A stretch of DNA of 64,000 bases from a virus (Duplodnaviria; Caudoviricetes): positions 16,425 through 80,424 of the IMG/VR virus record IMGVR_UViG_3300037455_000467. One strand, given 5' to 3'. Positions 1 through 9,819 of this stretch are shown piece by piece (within the stretch, counting starts at the first letter, position 1; each line of letters begins with the position of its first letter). A model generated the notes under the pieces. The model was not told the origin of the DNA. It saw only the letters and a list, made by a program, of their open reading frames with translations, and made no database searches. The position numbers and the translations under genes were made by a program.

Positions 1-366
1 TTTTTTGCGACATCCTTATCTATGTCATCTTTGATATCATCTAGAGCATTATTTAAAAGGTTTGCATACATATTAATGCCTTCTAAATATCCAAAACGAA
101 GACCAATATCAAGACCAGATAATAAACCTTCATAAAATCCGGCAAGTACTAATGAATTTTTATCATCGGAATTACTTGGAACTATAGAACTATCTGAACC
201 GGCTCGCTCAATTAAATATAACATATCGAGGCTATTTAATCTAATATCAATACTTTTAGAATTTAGTATTTCTTCTAATTTAGAACTATCAGGATCATCT
301 AACACTTGTTCCATGAATGTAGTTACTTCTTTTCGAACCATCTCTTTTAATTTTTCAGACGCCATA

Positions 367-639
367 TTAATCCTCATCCCGTGCTAGCAACATTGCATAA
401 ATATAAGCTAGACGAACACCTATACGAAGTCCTCGTAAAAAATCAACATTCTTATCCGATTCTCTATACTTTTTGTAATCTTCAATCATCTTAAGAATGT
501 CATCGCGCATAAGGGTAGATAAATATAAGTCATCATCAAGAGTGATTTCGTAATGAAATTCTCTATGATTTATGTCAGTAATTGTGGACACACCAAAACT
601 TTCAATAATATCTTCAAGTTCAGTCATCATCAACCACAA
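367..639 (-). CDS. hypothetical phage protein
   Basis: ORF in tightly packed minus-strand array; no recognisable motif. Confidence 0.55.
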   Translation of the reverse strand: MWLMMTELEDIIESFGVSTITDINHREFHYEITLDDDLYLSTLMRDDILKMIEDYKKYRESDKNVDFLRGLRIGVRLAYIYAMLLARDED

Positions 640-877
640 ACTGAATCAGATCGGAACCTTCTTTACCTTTTAATTTTCCAAGTTCATAACGTAATGTAGC
701 AATAGCTGTATCTTTTTCAAGATTATCTTGTATTAGACGAGCATTTTCATCTTCTAATTTCATATAAACATCCTTAATTTCTTTAATAAGTTCATTATTC
801 TTTTCGCATTGTCGTCCAATTATAATAGAAATCCCACAAAGCATCCCTATTGCAAAATATTCTGTAATACTAGACAT
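620..877 (-). CDS. hypothetical protein, N-terminal TM helix plus coiled coil
   Basis: YFAIGMLCGISIIIG hydrophobic stretch followed by heptad-like region. Confidence 0.55.
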   Translation of the reverse strand: MSSITEYFAIGMLCGISIIIGRQCEKNNELIKEIKDVYMKLEDENARLIQDNLEKDTAIATLRYELGKLKGKEGSDLIQFVVDDD

Positions 878-880
878 TAT

Positions 881-1324
881 TTATTCCACCTCGGTTCCTA
901 CAAGTTCATTCAGTCCATCAACAATAGCACTGATCTTATCAATTTGAACATTAGTGCGCTTGATAAAATCATCAAGCTCTGAAATGATCTTGAGACCAAT
1001 TAAATATAATGCACGTTTCTCATCATCTGTATTAGACCATATAACATAAACTCCTTTTTCTAATTTATATAATACCTTGTCAGGGAATTCTGAGATTTCG
1101 ATACGCTTACGATTTTTAAAATCATTAGCAAAGAAATGATCTTCTTCAATAGTTGTACCTTGATGGAATGTCTGACGCTCAAATGTTAAATCACGACTTT
1201 TAGTAAGAACTTTCTCATCGATATCATAAATATAAAGAAACGGTATTTTCTTGATGCTCATCTTCGTCTCCTTGTCAATCTGAGCATTACTAATTACACC
1301 ATTTGAAAATGTTACATCAATCAT
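881..1324 (-). CDS. hypothetical protein
   Basis: 147-aa ORF abutting neighbours. Confidence 0.6.
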   Translation of the reverse strand: MIDVTFSNGVISNAQIDKETKMSIKKIPFLYIYDIDEKVLTKSRDLTFERQTFHQGTTIEEDHFFANDFKNRKRIEISEFPDKVLYKLEKGVYVIWSNTDDEKRALYLIGLKIISELDDFIKRTNVQIDKISAIVDGLNELVGTEVE

Positions 1325-1330
1325 AAAATA

Positions 1331-1612
1331 TCAGTCCATAGTTACAGTTTGTTTAATAATTTTAGCCCCACACTCAGAGCAATATTTCATATGAATCGAA
1401 TACATACGTGTATTACAACAAGAACATATTACATGTCCAGTAACAGTATCATTATTAATGTGTATTTGAGCAGTTGCAGTTTTCTCTGGAATATAAATCC
1501 ATTCTTTATTAGGTTTAGTATTGGCCTGTATCACATGGATTTCTTTTGGAAAAGTTCCATCTAATCGTCCATAAATATAAGTAGTTTCATAGTCATTAAT
1601 TGGAACTTCCAT
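1331..1612 (-). CDS. zinc-ribbon protein
   Basis: C-terminal CSCC...YCSECGAKI; start reassigned to ATG 1612 with GGAGG upstream. Confidence 0.6.
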   Translation of the reverse strand: MEVPINDYETTYIYGRLDGTFPKEIHVIQANTKPNKEWIYIPEKTATAQIHINNDTVTGHVICSCCNTRMYSIHMKYCSECGAKIIKQTVTMD

Positions 1613-1837
1613 CAACAAGCCTCCTAACAAAGAATATAACATATGAAAGTGCTTAGCCCCACCACACCACCTAAGCACACTATTCACCAGCATTAAAAAT
1701 ATAAAGTTTTATGTGGATTGCACACCCTACGGACCTTAGGAAAGTAATGTAGAAAGGAACTTCATTACGAAGAGAAATTCAATGGAGCAAGAATAGCTAA
1801 ACTTTAATATTAATAATACTATGAATACCCAAACTTT

Positions 1838-2071
1838 TTACAAATGTATAATAAATATAATCATCAACAAAGCGCCTACGATTATTAGAAAAAGAAGTAA
1901 TAATGTAAAGCTATAAATTAGAAACTTAGTTGTTGATGACGCTGAATTCAAACTTAGTCGAGTCTTAAGAGCTTCTGCTATATGCTGTGGAAAATATATG
2001 TTTTTAATATATAATCCATATAAAATAGTTAAAATTAAAATAATGAAATATACTTTTGCAAAAACACTCAT
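1838..2071 (-). CDS. two-TM membrane protein
   Basis: two long hydrophobic segments. Confidence 0.55.
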   Translation of the reverse strand: MSVFAKVYFIILILTILYGLYIKNIYFPQHIAEALKTRLSLNSASSTTKFLIYSFTLLLLFLIIVGALLMIIFIIHL

Positions 2072-2081
2072 ATTAAGACTC

Positions 2082-2384
2082 CTAATTTAAAAAGTTAAGA
2101 AACTTAGATGGAATTCTAAGCTTGTCTTCAATAATTTCGCATACATTAGATATCATACTAGGATTATCAGAATACATTTTTACTAATATATGAACTCGAC
2201 CAGATTCTCTATCAACATACCATCCATACGATTCAAGTTGGCAACCATTCTGAAGTTTTACTGCTCTAGAAATATCATTGAATAGACGATCTTCAAAATC
2301 TTGCATCTTTTTAGTAAATTCATCTTTAGTGTGATGTTTAGTACTGACATCTAGAATATGCATTAGTAGTCCTTTACATCCCAT
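2082..2384 (-). CDS. hypothetical protein
   Basis: ORF in array. Confidence 0.55.
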   Translation of the reverse strand: MGCKGLLMHILDVSTKHHTKDEFTKKMQDFEDRLFNDISRAVKLQNGCQLESYGWYVDRESGRVHILVKMYSDNPSMISNVCEIIEDKLRIPSKFLNFLN

Positions 2385-2449
2385 TCATTAAATGCTTCTG
2401 TAAATGTATCACAATTTCTTATAGTAACTAAAATCGTTACTTTCATGCT

Positions 2450-3085
2450 TTACTGGTTATTAACCAACTTAGTATCAATAGTCCAATCATTTATGCATTG
2501 TTTATCAATTGTATCTTTTAAAAGATCCAAGAAATTTTCAACTTTTTTACGAGTATTAGTTGAAAATATAATGGCATTACGATGCTCGTTATACCAATCA
2601 AAAATTTCATATAATCCAGCTATAGGGTCATTAGTATTTAAAGTATTTAATTCAAAATGACGTTGCCAACTGAATGCCCACCAATCACATATCATTTCCA
2701 CAATAAAATCATCAGGAATATCAAGACCAATAGGCTTATATTCTTTTACTGTCTTATCGCCGTCATCAGTAATCAAACACCAATACTGCCAATGATGTTT
2801 ATTCTGATGAATATGATGTAGCCATGCTTTATTAAAATCATCAAGAATTTTCTTGGATTTACTATTTGATCCATAAAAATAATCATTATATGCTTTATAT
2901 TCATCAGGTGAATATTTCGATTTATCATGATTTACAATATTAAATTCTAAATTAAAATAGTTTAAATCTGGAAAAATTTTAGAAATTTTATCCTGAGGAA
3001 CAAAAACCTTTATCCATTCATAACCGTGACGAACATTATTAATATGATTATATAAATATGAATCATAATCTGAATTTCGTATCAT
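2450..3085 (-). CDS. HD-superfamily-like putative metal-dependent phosphohydrolase (DUF5662-like)
   Basis: H...HDKSKY, HIHQNKHHWQYW and MICDWW motifs. Confidence 0.65.
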   Translation of the reverse strand: MIRNSDYDSYLYNHINNVRHGYEWIKVFVPQDKISKIFPDLNYFNLEFNIVNHDKSKYSPDEYKAYNDYFYGSNSKSKKILDDFNKAWLHHIHQNKHHWQYWCLITDDGDKTVKEYKPIGLDIPDDFIVEMICDWWAFSWQRHFELNTLNTNDPIAGLYEIFDWYNEHRNAIIFSTNTRKKVENFLDLLKDTIDKQCINDWTIDTKLVNNQ

Positions 3086-3152
3086 GGTGTATACTCCTAT
3101 TTAATTTCATTATCCATTAATAGTCCTTTACATTCCACTCATTTCTTCATAA

Positions 3153-3359
3153 CTATTTAAATATAGGCTTTTTAGTAATAGAAGTTATGTATTCATTAAC
3201 TTTTTTATTACATGATTCGCAGACTTCATACTTAAAATTAGAAGGATTAGAATTTTTCATACTTCTAATATCATTTAATTTTCGCGAGCTTAAATCAAAC
3301 ATCTGCCCTCTAACAGCATGTTGACAAATATCGCAAACTTGTATAGTAGCCATAATCAT
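3153..3359 (-). CDS. small CxxC...CxxC zinc-binding protein
   Basis: CDIC and CESC; similar to 7286..7489. Confidence 0.6.
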   Translation of the reverse strand: MIMATIQVCDICQHAVRGQMFDLSSRKLNDIRSMKNSNPSNFKYEVCESCNKKVNEYITSITKKPIFK

Positions 3360-3371
3360 CTCCTAAAAATA

Positions 3372-3399
3372 TCAATTAGCCCCACCCTCCGCTAATTGA
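3372..3399 (-). terminator. stem-loop (9-bp stem, GGAGGGTGGG loop) followed by TATTTTT
   Basis: TCAATTAGC/GCTAATTGA inverted repeat. Confidence 0.55.
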
Positions 3400-3541
3400 C
3401 TAAACTCACTACAATAGTAACTATGACGAAAGGGACGAACAACAAACGCATAAACACATGACCGGCCACTTATGCTGCTTTGTTCTAGAAAACTTATAAT
3501 ACGATTGGATGCGTCACTATTATACAAGTTTCCCTAAAATA

Positions 3542-3802
3542 CTATTTACTACGCTTTTTCTTTTTACTATTAAAATAGACAAATATAAATGAAGCTATAC
3601 GATGACTAGCTTCGTAACCAAATGGAATATCATCGCATAAAGCACATGCAAAGTCATATAGATACTTTTTATTAACTTTACCATCAGTATCTTTTAGTTC
3701 CTCCTGTTGAAATGTTATTAGCCATTGATGGAAATACTCATCTAAATTTTCCGGAATATCGATATGTTTTGGGAAAGTTTCAGAATAGCTTCTAATTTTC
3801 AT
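3542..3802 (-). CDS. hypothetical protein
   Basis: ORF in array. Confidence 0.55.
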   Translation of the reverse strand: MKIRSYSETFPKHIDIPENLDEYFHQWLITFQQEELKDTDGKVNKKYLYDFACALCDDIPFGYEASHRIASFIFVYFNSKKKKRSK

Positions 3803-3815
3803 AATAAATCACTCT

Positions 3816-4265
3816 CTAAAATATCATAATGTTGGGATTGAACACTAATAAAGAATCACAATCCCATCCGTAAAGAGCATAGTAAATATCATTTGTACTA
3901 ATAATCACTTCCATTCCATCGTATCCATCATGTATCATACGCTCGAAATTAAGATTCCACCAAGTATGTCCAGGACGTTTAGGCCAATGGTAACGAAGAT
4001 CATTATCATAAATATCAAGTTGATACAAATCATCATTAGACCAAATTCGAAGAATTTTGGCATCTGGCTCTATATCAAATATAAATGATTCTTTTAACTT
4101 TTCTACTTTATAGTCATTGTTTAAACACCAATCTTTCCAGCAATAATGAGCTTCATCAATTGGAGAAGCCCATAAACCACCGAGAGGCTTATTTGTTTCT
4201 TGATTAGTAATCATTCCAAACTTATTGATATCAAAATCACTAGAACCATAATGAATATAACTCAT
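3816..4265 (-). CDS. conserved phage protein, possible ADP-ribosyltransferase-like fold
   Basis: YIHYG, GLWASP, GYDG, YGWDCDSLLV pattern; fold is inference. Confidence 0.45.
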   Translation of the reverse strand: MSYIHYGSSDFDINKFGMITNQETNKPLGGLWASPIDEAHYCWKDWCLNNDYKVEKLKESFIFDIEPDAKILRIWSNDDLYQLDIYDNDLRYHWPKRPGHTWWNLNFERMIHDGYDGMEVIISTNDIYYALYGWDCDSLLVFNPNIMIF

Positions 4266-4280
4266 ATAATATTTTCTTTC

Positions 4281-4628
4281 CTATAATAATGTTAAAACAG
4301 TATCTTGATACCATATACGAATTTCATCAAATTCATAATCAACATATTTATCCGCACATTTTTTTATTTCTTTAAGTAAGAATTTAGTTATATCTGAATC
4401 GAACAATGCAATTTCACTTGGATGGCCTACAGTATAAATAGACATAAATTGATTAGTTTTTCTAGTAGGATTAGTTCTCAGATATCTAATAATTTTTTCA
4501 TCAAAGAACCATGAAAAATTAGTTGAAAATAATGCTGTTATTACTGCTTCTTTATACTGTCTTTCATGTTCATATTTTGATTTAATTAAATCACTATCGA
4601 TTGTATATAGAAATTCTATATGGTTCAT
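4281..4628 (-). CDS. hypothetical protein
   Basis: ORF in array. Confidence 0.55.
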   Translation of the reverse strand: MNHIEFLYTIDSDLIKSKYEHERQYKEAVITALFSTNFSWFFDEKIIRYLRTNPTRKTNQFMSIYTVGHPSEIALFDSDITKFLLKEIKKCADKYVDYEFDEIRIWYQDTVLTLL

Positions 4629-4641
4629 TTTATTACTTTCC

Positions 4642-4932
4642 TTAATAACAATCTAATCCAACAATATAATTTGATAATACTGGTTCTCTACGTAAGCATG
4701 TTATGATATCTTGTCCAATATATATTGCTGTACTACTAAGTTTTATTTTCAATTCATATAAATTATAGTTTACATTTAATGTAAAATTTTCAAAACCAAT
4801 ATCATTATTCTTATAATGCCACTTAAAATTTTCTTTTACTTTTTCAACAATATAATAATGAACGAATGGTAATATATGTTCATTCATCAATTCATCGTCT
4901 TTTCTTAGACGGATTAAAACGTTTTGTGCCAT
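4642..4932 (-). CDS. hypothetical protein
   Basis: ORF in array. Confidence 0.55.
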   Translation of the reverse strand: MAQNVLIRLRKDDELMNEHILPFVHYYIVEKVKENFKWHYKNNDIGFENFTLNVNYNLYELKIKLSSTAIYIGQDIITCLRREPVLSNYIVGLDCY

Positions 4933-4941
4933 TTTGTTATC

Positions 4942-5460
4942 CTAATCTAAATTTAAATCTCTTTCAAATATAACTTGCTCACAATGAGCAATTTCTGTTA
5001 AACCTGTTTGATTTATTAAACTAATACATAAAGTATTTGCTTGTTTTATCCAATTAGTAATAGTATCAGCAATAACTCTATCGTTACCAAGATTAAGATT
5101 TCTAGCTGTTCTTAACTCATCAATAGCTTTCTGTAAATATGCTACTTGACGTAAAGATGTTAATGTTCCAAAATTAACTTCCTTTACCCACCAACCATAA
5201 TCTTCATCAATATTATCACCCATATATTGTCGCATTATTTCTAATGCTTCAAACATTGTTTTCTTACCAATAATGATACAATAATCTGGATCTTGACCCT
5301 TAGTATATCCAATGTATTCTTTTACAATAGTTTTAGATATAGCTATACTACAATCGCGTAGATATCCAATTAATTCTTGACAAAGAAACATACTTTCTGT
5401 ATAATCAGTTGAATTATTAAATTCTTCAATTTTCTTTATAATGTCTTTATCAATTTTCAT
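4942..5460 (-). CDS. hypothetical protein
   Basis: 172-aa ORF in array. Confidence 0.6.
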   Translation of the reverse strand: MKIDKDIIKKIEEFNNSTDYTESMFLCQELIGYLRDCSIAISKTIVKEYIGYTKGQDPDYCIIIGKKTMFEALEIMRQYMGDNIDEDYGWWVKEVNFGTLTSLRQVAYLQKAIDELRTARNLNLGNDRVIADTITNWIKQANTLCISLINQTGLTEIAHCEQVIFERDLNLD

Positions 5461-5473
5461 AAAATATCACATC

Positions 5474-5731
5474 CTATGAATACCATTTATATGTGTTATT
5501 AAATGCACTTACGAGATATGGATAACCTAATCCTATAAGTAATTTACATAAATATTCATCCATATAAATATGCTTAAATTCAGTATTATCGCCAGTTATT
5601 TTATCAATAGTTTTAAGATCAATATATGCTTCGGAATCTGTAGGCATTTCTTCATTGAAATCTATTTGTATATGATAGTCATCGACATATTTAATAGTAA
5701 CCGCCATAATTATAAACCTTACTAATACCAT
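5474..5731 (-). CDS. hypothetical protein
   Basis: ORF in array. Confidence 0.5.
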   Translation of the reverse strand: MVLVRFIIMAVTIKYVDDYHIQIDFNEEMPTDSEAYIDLKTIDKITGDNTEFKHIYMDEYLCKLLIGLGYPYLVSAFNNTYKWYS

Positions 5732-5901
5732 TTTGGAATTTTACGGTAATTCTTAATACCCTTAGAATATCCAAGCGTTACACATAAATAGTCATCTAAA
5801 AGAAAATGCTGCATTTCTTGATCATTATTCCAATCATCAATAATAGCTTTAATCTGCTGATTAAACTCTTTTGGAGTCGGTGCATTATTCTTTTTACTCA
5901 T
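5722..5901 (-). CDS. 59-aa hypothetical protein (not in ORF track)
   Basis: manual translation MSKKNNAPTPKEFNQQ...IPKWY; ATGA overlap with upstream stop. Confidence 0.6.
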   Translation of the reverse strand: MSKKNNAPTPKEFNQQIKAIIDDWNNDQEMQHFLLDDYLCVTLGYSKGIKNYRKIPKWY

Positions 5902-6164
5902 ATTGAATCCAATACTGGTAATCCATGTAACCTAACAACTTCTCTAGCCCATAACATACCTTCATGTAAACTTCGCATAGCATTTTCTTTTTCCTTACAA
6001 TCTGGAAAATGATCATTTATTAATAACATTGCTCCAAACATATTAGTCTCTAATTCCTTAAATACAGCCTGCTCATCATCAGATAATTTTCTATCTTTAG
6101 AATATACATAAGATCTTTTTAATACATCATCTACAGTCATAACTACTCCAATGTTTTTAAACAT
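5898..6164 (-). CDS. Acb2/Tad1-like helical hairpin protein (candidate immune-signal sponge)
   Basis: RKLSDDEQ..FKEL and P.C.EK..A...L.EGMLWA pattern. Confidence 0.45.
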   Translation of the reverse strand: MFKNIGVVMTVDDVLKRSYVYSKDRKLSDDEQAVFKELETNMFGAMLLINDHFPDCKEKENAMRSLHEGMLWAREVVRLHGLPVLDSI

Positions 6165-6180
6165 CTAACACTAATACATA

Positions 6181-6486
6181 TTAGCTAGATTCTTCATCCC
6201 AATATCCTTCATTATTTAATAATTCTAAATATTTGGATAACATGTTAGCAATAGCATCTGGACTTTTAAGTCTATAAGTATTGGATTTTACTCGAAGTCT
6301 AGGCTCTTCTCGTTTGTCACATAATATAAGTTTACCATGAATTCTGCACTCAATATAATAATTATCTGCTAAAAGTTGTCGTCTTTCACCAATAGCTGCT
6401 CGATCATTTACTTTATAAGAATATAACAATCTATAGCAACAATCAATAAAATCATGAGATATAGTTTTAGGATCATAATGCGACAT
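6181..6486 (-). CDS. hypothetical protein
   Basis: ORF in array. Confidence 0.55.
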   Translation of the reverse strand: MSHYDPKTISHDFIDCCYRLLYSYKVNDRAAIGERRQLLADNYYIECRIHGKLILCDKREEPRLRVKSNTYRLKSPDAIANMLSKYLELLNNEGYWDEESS

Positions 6487-6824
6487 TATTTACATCCTTT
6501 ACAATGTTTAAAAACGTTAAGTCTATTTTCTGTTTCTTTAATACTTGCATAATTTGATAAATATAACAAGCATTGTCCTGCAATAGCTGCTGCGTCAGAC
6601 CAGTTTAGGCCGTCCATGTGTTTTCTTAATTCTGGAATTTCTTCTGGATTTACCAATAATGCTGGATCAATAAATTTATCTTCATCAACAGTTTGGTTGT
6701 ATAAATATGTAGAATATAATAGAATCCCAAGATATGCTTGATATTCAGTAATATTTTCACAAGGCATTATTTCTCCAATAATCTCTTTCTTTTTTCCACT
6801 TTTCTTCGTATGTAATTTTAGCAT
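6486..6824 (-). CDS. hypothetical protein
   Basis: ORF coupled to neighbour. Confidence 0.55.
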   Translation of the reverse strand: MLKLHTKKSGKKKEIIGEIMPCENITEYQAYLGILLYSTYLYNQTVDEDKFIDPALLVNPEEIPELRKHMDGLNWSDAAAIAGQCLLYLSNYASIKETENRLNVFKHCKGCK

Positions 6825-6984
6825 CTAATAACCATAATATTATACTAATAGCCAATAATATACAAACCCAATCAATATCTCCGTAATTAGATACTCTATA
6901 TAGTATCATATATAAATCTATTCCACTTATAAAACCAAGTAGATATGGTTTGAACCAAAGTTTCATAATGTTTATACCAATCAT
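6757..6984 (-). CDS. small membrane protein
   Basis: two hydrophobic segments; overlaps next ORF. Confidence 0.45.
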   Translation of the reverse strand: MIGINIMKLWFKPYLLGFISGIDLYMILYRVSNYGDIDWVCILLAISIILWLLDAKITYEEKWKKERDYWRNNAL

Positions 6985-7017
6985 ATTATAATAATATAGA
7001 CAATAAATATTATTTAT

Positions 7018-7296
7018 CTAATATGGATAAAATTCACTAGTAGAGGAATCTACGTGCGCATCTGTTATTTTTATAATAGATCCATCTTCAACGTTAAACT
7101 TTACTACTCTTGATTCGTATTGTTCAGCCACACCATTAGCCATAAAATCTACAAATTCTGGATATGGAAGCTGCCTATAATTTGTACATGCACTAATATA
7201 ATTGTCTTTATGCGACTCATCGATTTCCATATAGAAAATATCATAATCTTCTAATTTAGATTCTTTGATAAGTTTTATAAGATCTTTACCTTTCAT
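7018..7296 (-). CDS. hypothetical protein
   Basis: ORF in array. Confidence 0.55.
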   Translation of the reverse strand: MKGKDLIKLIKESKLEDYDIFYMEIDESHKDNYISACTNYRQLPYPEFVDFMANGVAEQYESRVVKFNVEDGSIIKITDAHVDSSTSEFYPY

Positions 7297-7489
7297 AATT
7301 TAACCATCTTCTAGCATAATCAAGTTCATTATAAAGTCTCTCGGCACAAGAATGACAAATATCATAGTTAAATGCAGGTTTCTTACCTTTATTATAGACC
7401 GCAGTTTCGATCTTGCACGTTAGTGAATATAAACTATTCTCATTTGGAATTATCTGCTTACACAAATCGCACGCTATTAATCTAGCCAT
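7286..7489 (-). CDS. small CxxC...CxxC zinc-binding protein
   Basis: CDLC and CHSC; similar to 3153..3359. Confidence 0.6.
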   Translation of the reverse strand: MARLIACDLCKQIIPNENSLYSLTCKIETAVYNKGKKPAFNYDICHSCAERLYNELDYARRWLNYER

Positions 7490-7517
7490 GTCAATCCTTT
7501 TTTCATGTTACTCTCTT

Positions 7518-7730
7518 TTAAAAATGAATATTTCTTAATTTATCATAAATTTCAGCTTCAACTCTAGCACAATCTTCAAAAGTTCTAACCTCATCAATCG
7601 AGTTTTCTTGTTTTCGATTATTTACATGATTTATAAGATCTAAAATATCTGAAGCTTTTTCATTTCCTTCTTCTTTAGCTTTTTGTAATGCATACAGCAT
7701 CATGTAGAAACAGTCTATATTAATACTCAT
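7518..7730 (-). CDS. hypothetical protein
   Basis: ORF in array. Confidence 0.5.
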   Translation of the reverse strand: MSINIDCFYMMLYALQKAKEEGNEKASDILDLINHVNNRKQENSIDEVRTFEDCARVEAEIYDKLRNIHF

Positions 7731-7761
7731 TATTTATGCACCATTTCTAAAAATATAAAGG

Positions 7762-7842
<81 letters not shown>

Positions 7843-7860
7843 TAAACATGTCAACATTAA

Positions 7861-8379
7861 TTATTCTTTTTCATTATCAGTATCTATGACAGTATAACTC
7901 ATCGGAAAACGTTTATAGTTATTAATAATTTCTTTTAAATCATAATTAGTAGTTGCAAGAGCAATATGTCTAATAGCAGAATTATAAAATGATTTTATTT
8001 CATTTTCGTAATTATTTTTAGCACCTATATAAGCATACCAATTTTTATCAATCGGATCGATTGCCAATCTGCTAGAAAGTCGTTTTAACCATTCTTCTTT
8101 TAATTCTAATATAGGATGAATTGTTACAATATCAAAATCTTTACTTGGTAAATACATTTCAAATTCATTTCTAACATCTTTGTGAGAACTTACGCATACA
8201 ATATATCCTTGTTTAGCTAAATCTATTGCTATTTTGCAATATATTATATGCCAATATATCACTCTTTCATTATTAATTTTAAAATTACTACTTTCTAAGT
8301 CAATAATTTTATCATTATTTTTACTGATTGATGACTTACCGATTCCTTGATATCCAATCACTATAAGACCTTTAGTCAT
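7861..8379 (-). CDS. P-loop NTPase (nucleotide kinase-like)
   Basis: N-terminal LIVIGYQGIGKSS Walker A followed by IIDLES. Confidence 0.7.
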   Translation of the reverse strand: MTKGLIVIGYQGIGKSSISKNNDKIIDLESSNFKINNERVIYWHIIYCKIAIDLAKQGYIVCVSSHKDVRNEFEMYLPSKDFDIVTIHPILELKEEWLKRLSSRLAIDPIDKNWYAYIGAKNNYENEIKSFYNSAIRHIALATTNYDLKEIINNYKRFPMSYTVIDTDNEKE

Positions 8380-8447
8380 TATATTCTCCTTTTAAGGCAA
8401 TTAATCAATTTCTTCAATTTTTCACCATAAAAGCTTTAAAATATCAA

Positions 8448-8639
8448 TTAAATTTTTATTGTACCACGTTGTTGATAATATAATGTATCAATATTAAGTA
8501 CAAATATTGAAGTATCATCATATTCTGTTTTATCTTCGTCATTTCTAAATATAAGACTATTAGTATCCGGATCAAAAGATACTGTATAATCTTCTAAATC
8601 TTTATGTCTAATAATATAATCAAGTTGATAACCAGTCAT
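8448..8639 (-). CDS. hypothetical protein
   Basis: ORF in array. Confidence 0.5.
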   Translation of the reverse strand: MTGYQLDYIIRHKDLEDYTVSFDPDTNSLIFRNDEDKTEYDDTSIFVLNIDTLYYQQRGTIKI

Positions 8640-8678
8640 ACGTATTCCTTATTAAAAATCATGCTTTCTAAAATATAA

Positions 8679-9014
8679 TTACAAATTATTTATTAAAGCC
8701 TGCTTTATAAAGTGCTTATTTCTAGTAACAAAACAACTTGTATACCCAGAAAAGTAATGTGATATTAACAAATTAGCATTCGATTCAGATAGTTTATTTG
8801 AATATATTAAAATATGTACTATATATAAATCCTTTTCTTCATTACTATTTTTATCAATAATGCTCCATACATGTTCCGGATCAATGTTAATAAATTTTGA
8901 TAGATCAATTCTAAATTTACCAAGTTGATTTATCATATAGTTCATTGCAGATAAGAAATTATTATATATAAATGAAATCAAAATCCGATCAGTATAATCC
9001 ATATTAATCCTCAA
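8679..9014 (-). CDS. hypothetical protein
   Basis: ORF in array. Confidence 0.5.
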   Translation of the reverse strand: MRINMDYTDRILISFIYNNFLSAMNYMINQLGKFRIDLSKFINIDPEHVWSIIDKNSNEEKDLYIVHILIYSNKLSESNANLLISHYFSGYTSCFVTRNKHFIKQALINNL

Positions 9015-9336
9015 AATCTTTTACATGATCTTTTTCGATTTCCTTACACATTTCTAACATTTTTATACATCCATGAACCGCTCCTAAATCAAACTCATGT
9101 TGTATTTTCTTCGACATACTATTAATTCCATTAGAATAATGATAAAAAGCATATAACGTCTGCCATAATGCTGTACATTCCGGACCAATTGAAGTGTTAG
9201 ATTTAATCATATAAGTTAATGACTTTATAAAATTTTCTAAAGTTTCTTTAGGAATTTTAACCTTAGATTTAATACATTTATTAATTTCTTTGGCGCAATG
9301 TTCATTAATAATTTTATCTATTTCATTAGATAACAT
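9004..9336 (-). CDS. hypothetical protein
   Basis: ORF in array. Confidence 0.55.
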   Translation of the reverse strand: MLSNEIDKIINEHCAKEINKCIKSKVKIPKETLENFIKSLTYMIKSNTSIGPECTALWQTLYAFYHYSNGINSMSKKIQHEFDLGAVHGCIKMLEMCKEIEKDHVKDFED

Positions 9337-9350
9337 ATTTATATACTCGA

Positions 9351-9632
9351 TTAATCAAACGGAACTTCACTTATAGCAATAAACATATCAGCATCCATGT
9401 CACGATAATCAGTATAATCTACTTTATGATTATCATACTTATTATCCCATGTATCTTTAAAAGACTCTCTATATTGTTTTTTAATCCATTCTTTTGTATA
9501 TTTATGATCTGTTAATTCATATACCTTATCAGTAGCAAAATCTATAGCAGTTTCTAAAGAAGTAAATATATGATCAAATCCAATTATAGATGCATGATAA
9601 TCACTTCTATAAACAATGTATGCTTTTGACAT
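9351..9632 (-). CDS. hypothetical protein
   Basis: ORF in array. Confidence 0.55.
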   Translation of the reverse strand: MSKAYIVYRSDYHASIIGFDHIFTSLETAIDFATDKVYELTDHKYTKEWIKKQYRESFKDTWDNKYDNHKVDYTDYRDMDADMFIAISEVPFD

Positions 9633-9817
9633 TATAAATTCTCCATATTATTTGCTGCTTCATAAATTTTGTTAATTATTTTAACGCAAGGTTCAATTTC
9701 TTCAAAAAGCGTAGAATAAAAGTCCCATCCTTTATTCCAAGCATAATCATCTAATAAATCTTCAGTTTTACTTAATGCTTTTAATTCTTCTTCAGAAATA
9801 TCAATAGTTACTTTCAT
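9632..9817 (-). CDS. hypothetical protein
   Basis: stop/start coupled ORF. Confidence 0.55.
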   Translation of the reverse strand: MKVTIDISEEELKALSKTEDLLDDYAWNKGWDFYSTLFEEIEPCVKIINKIYEAANNMENL

Positions 9818-9819
9818 TA

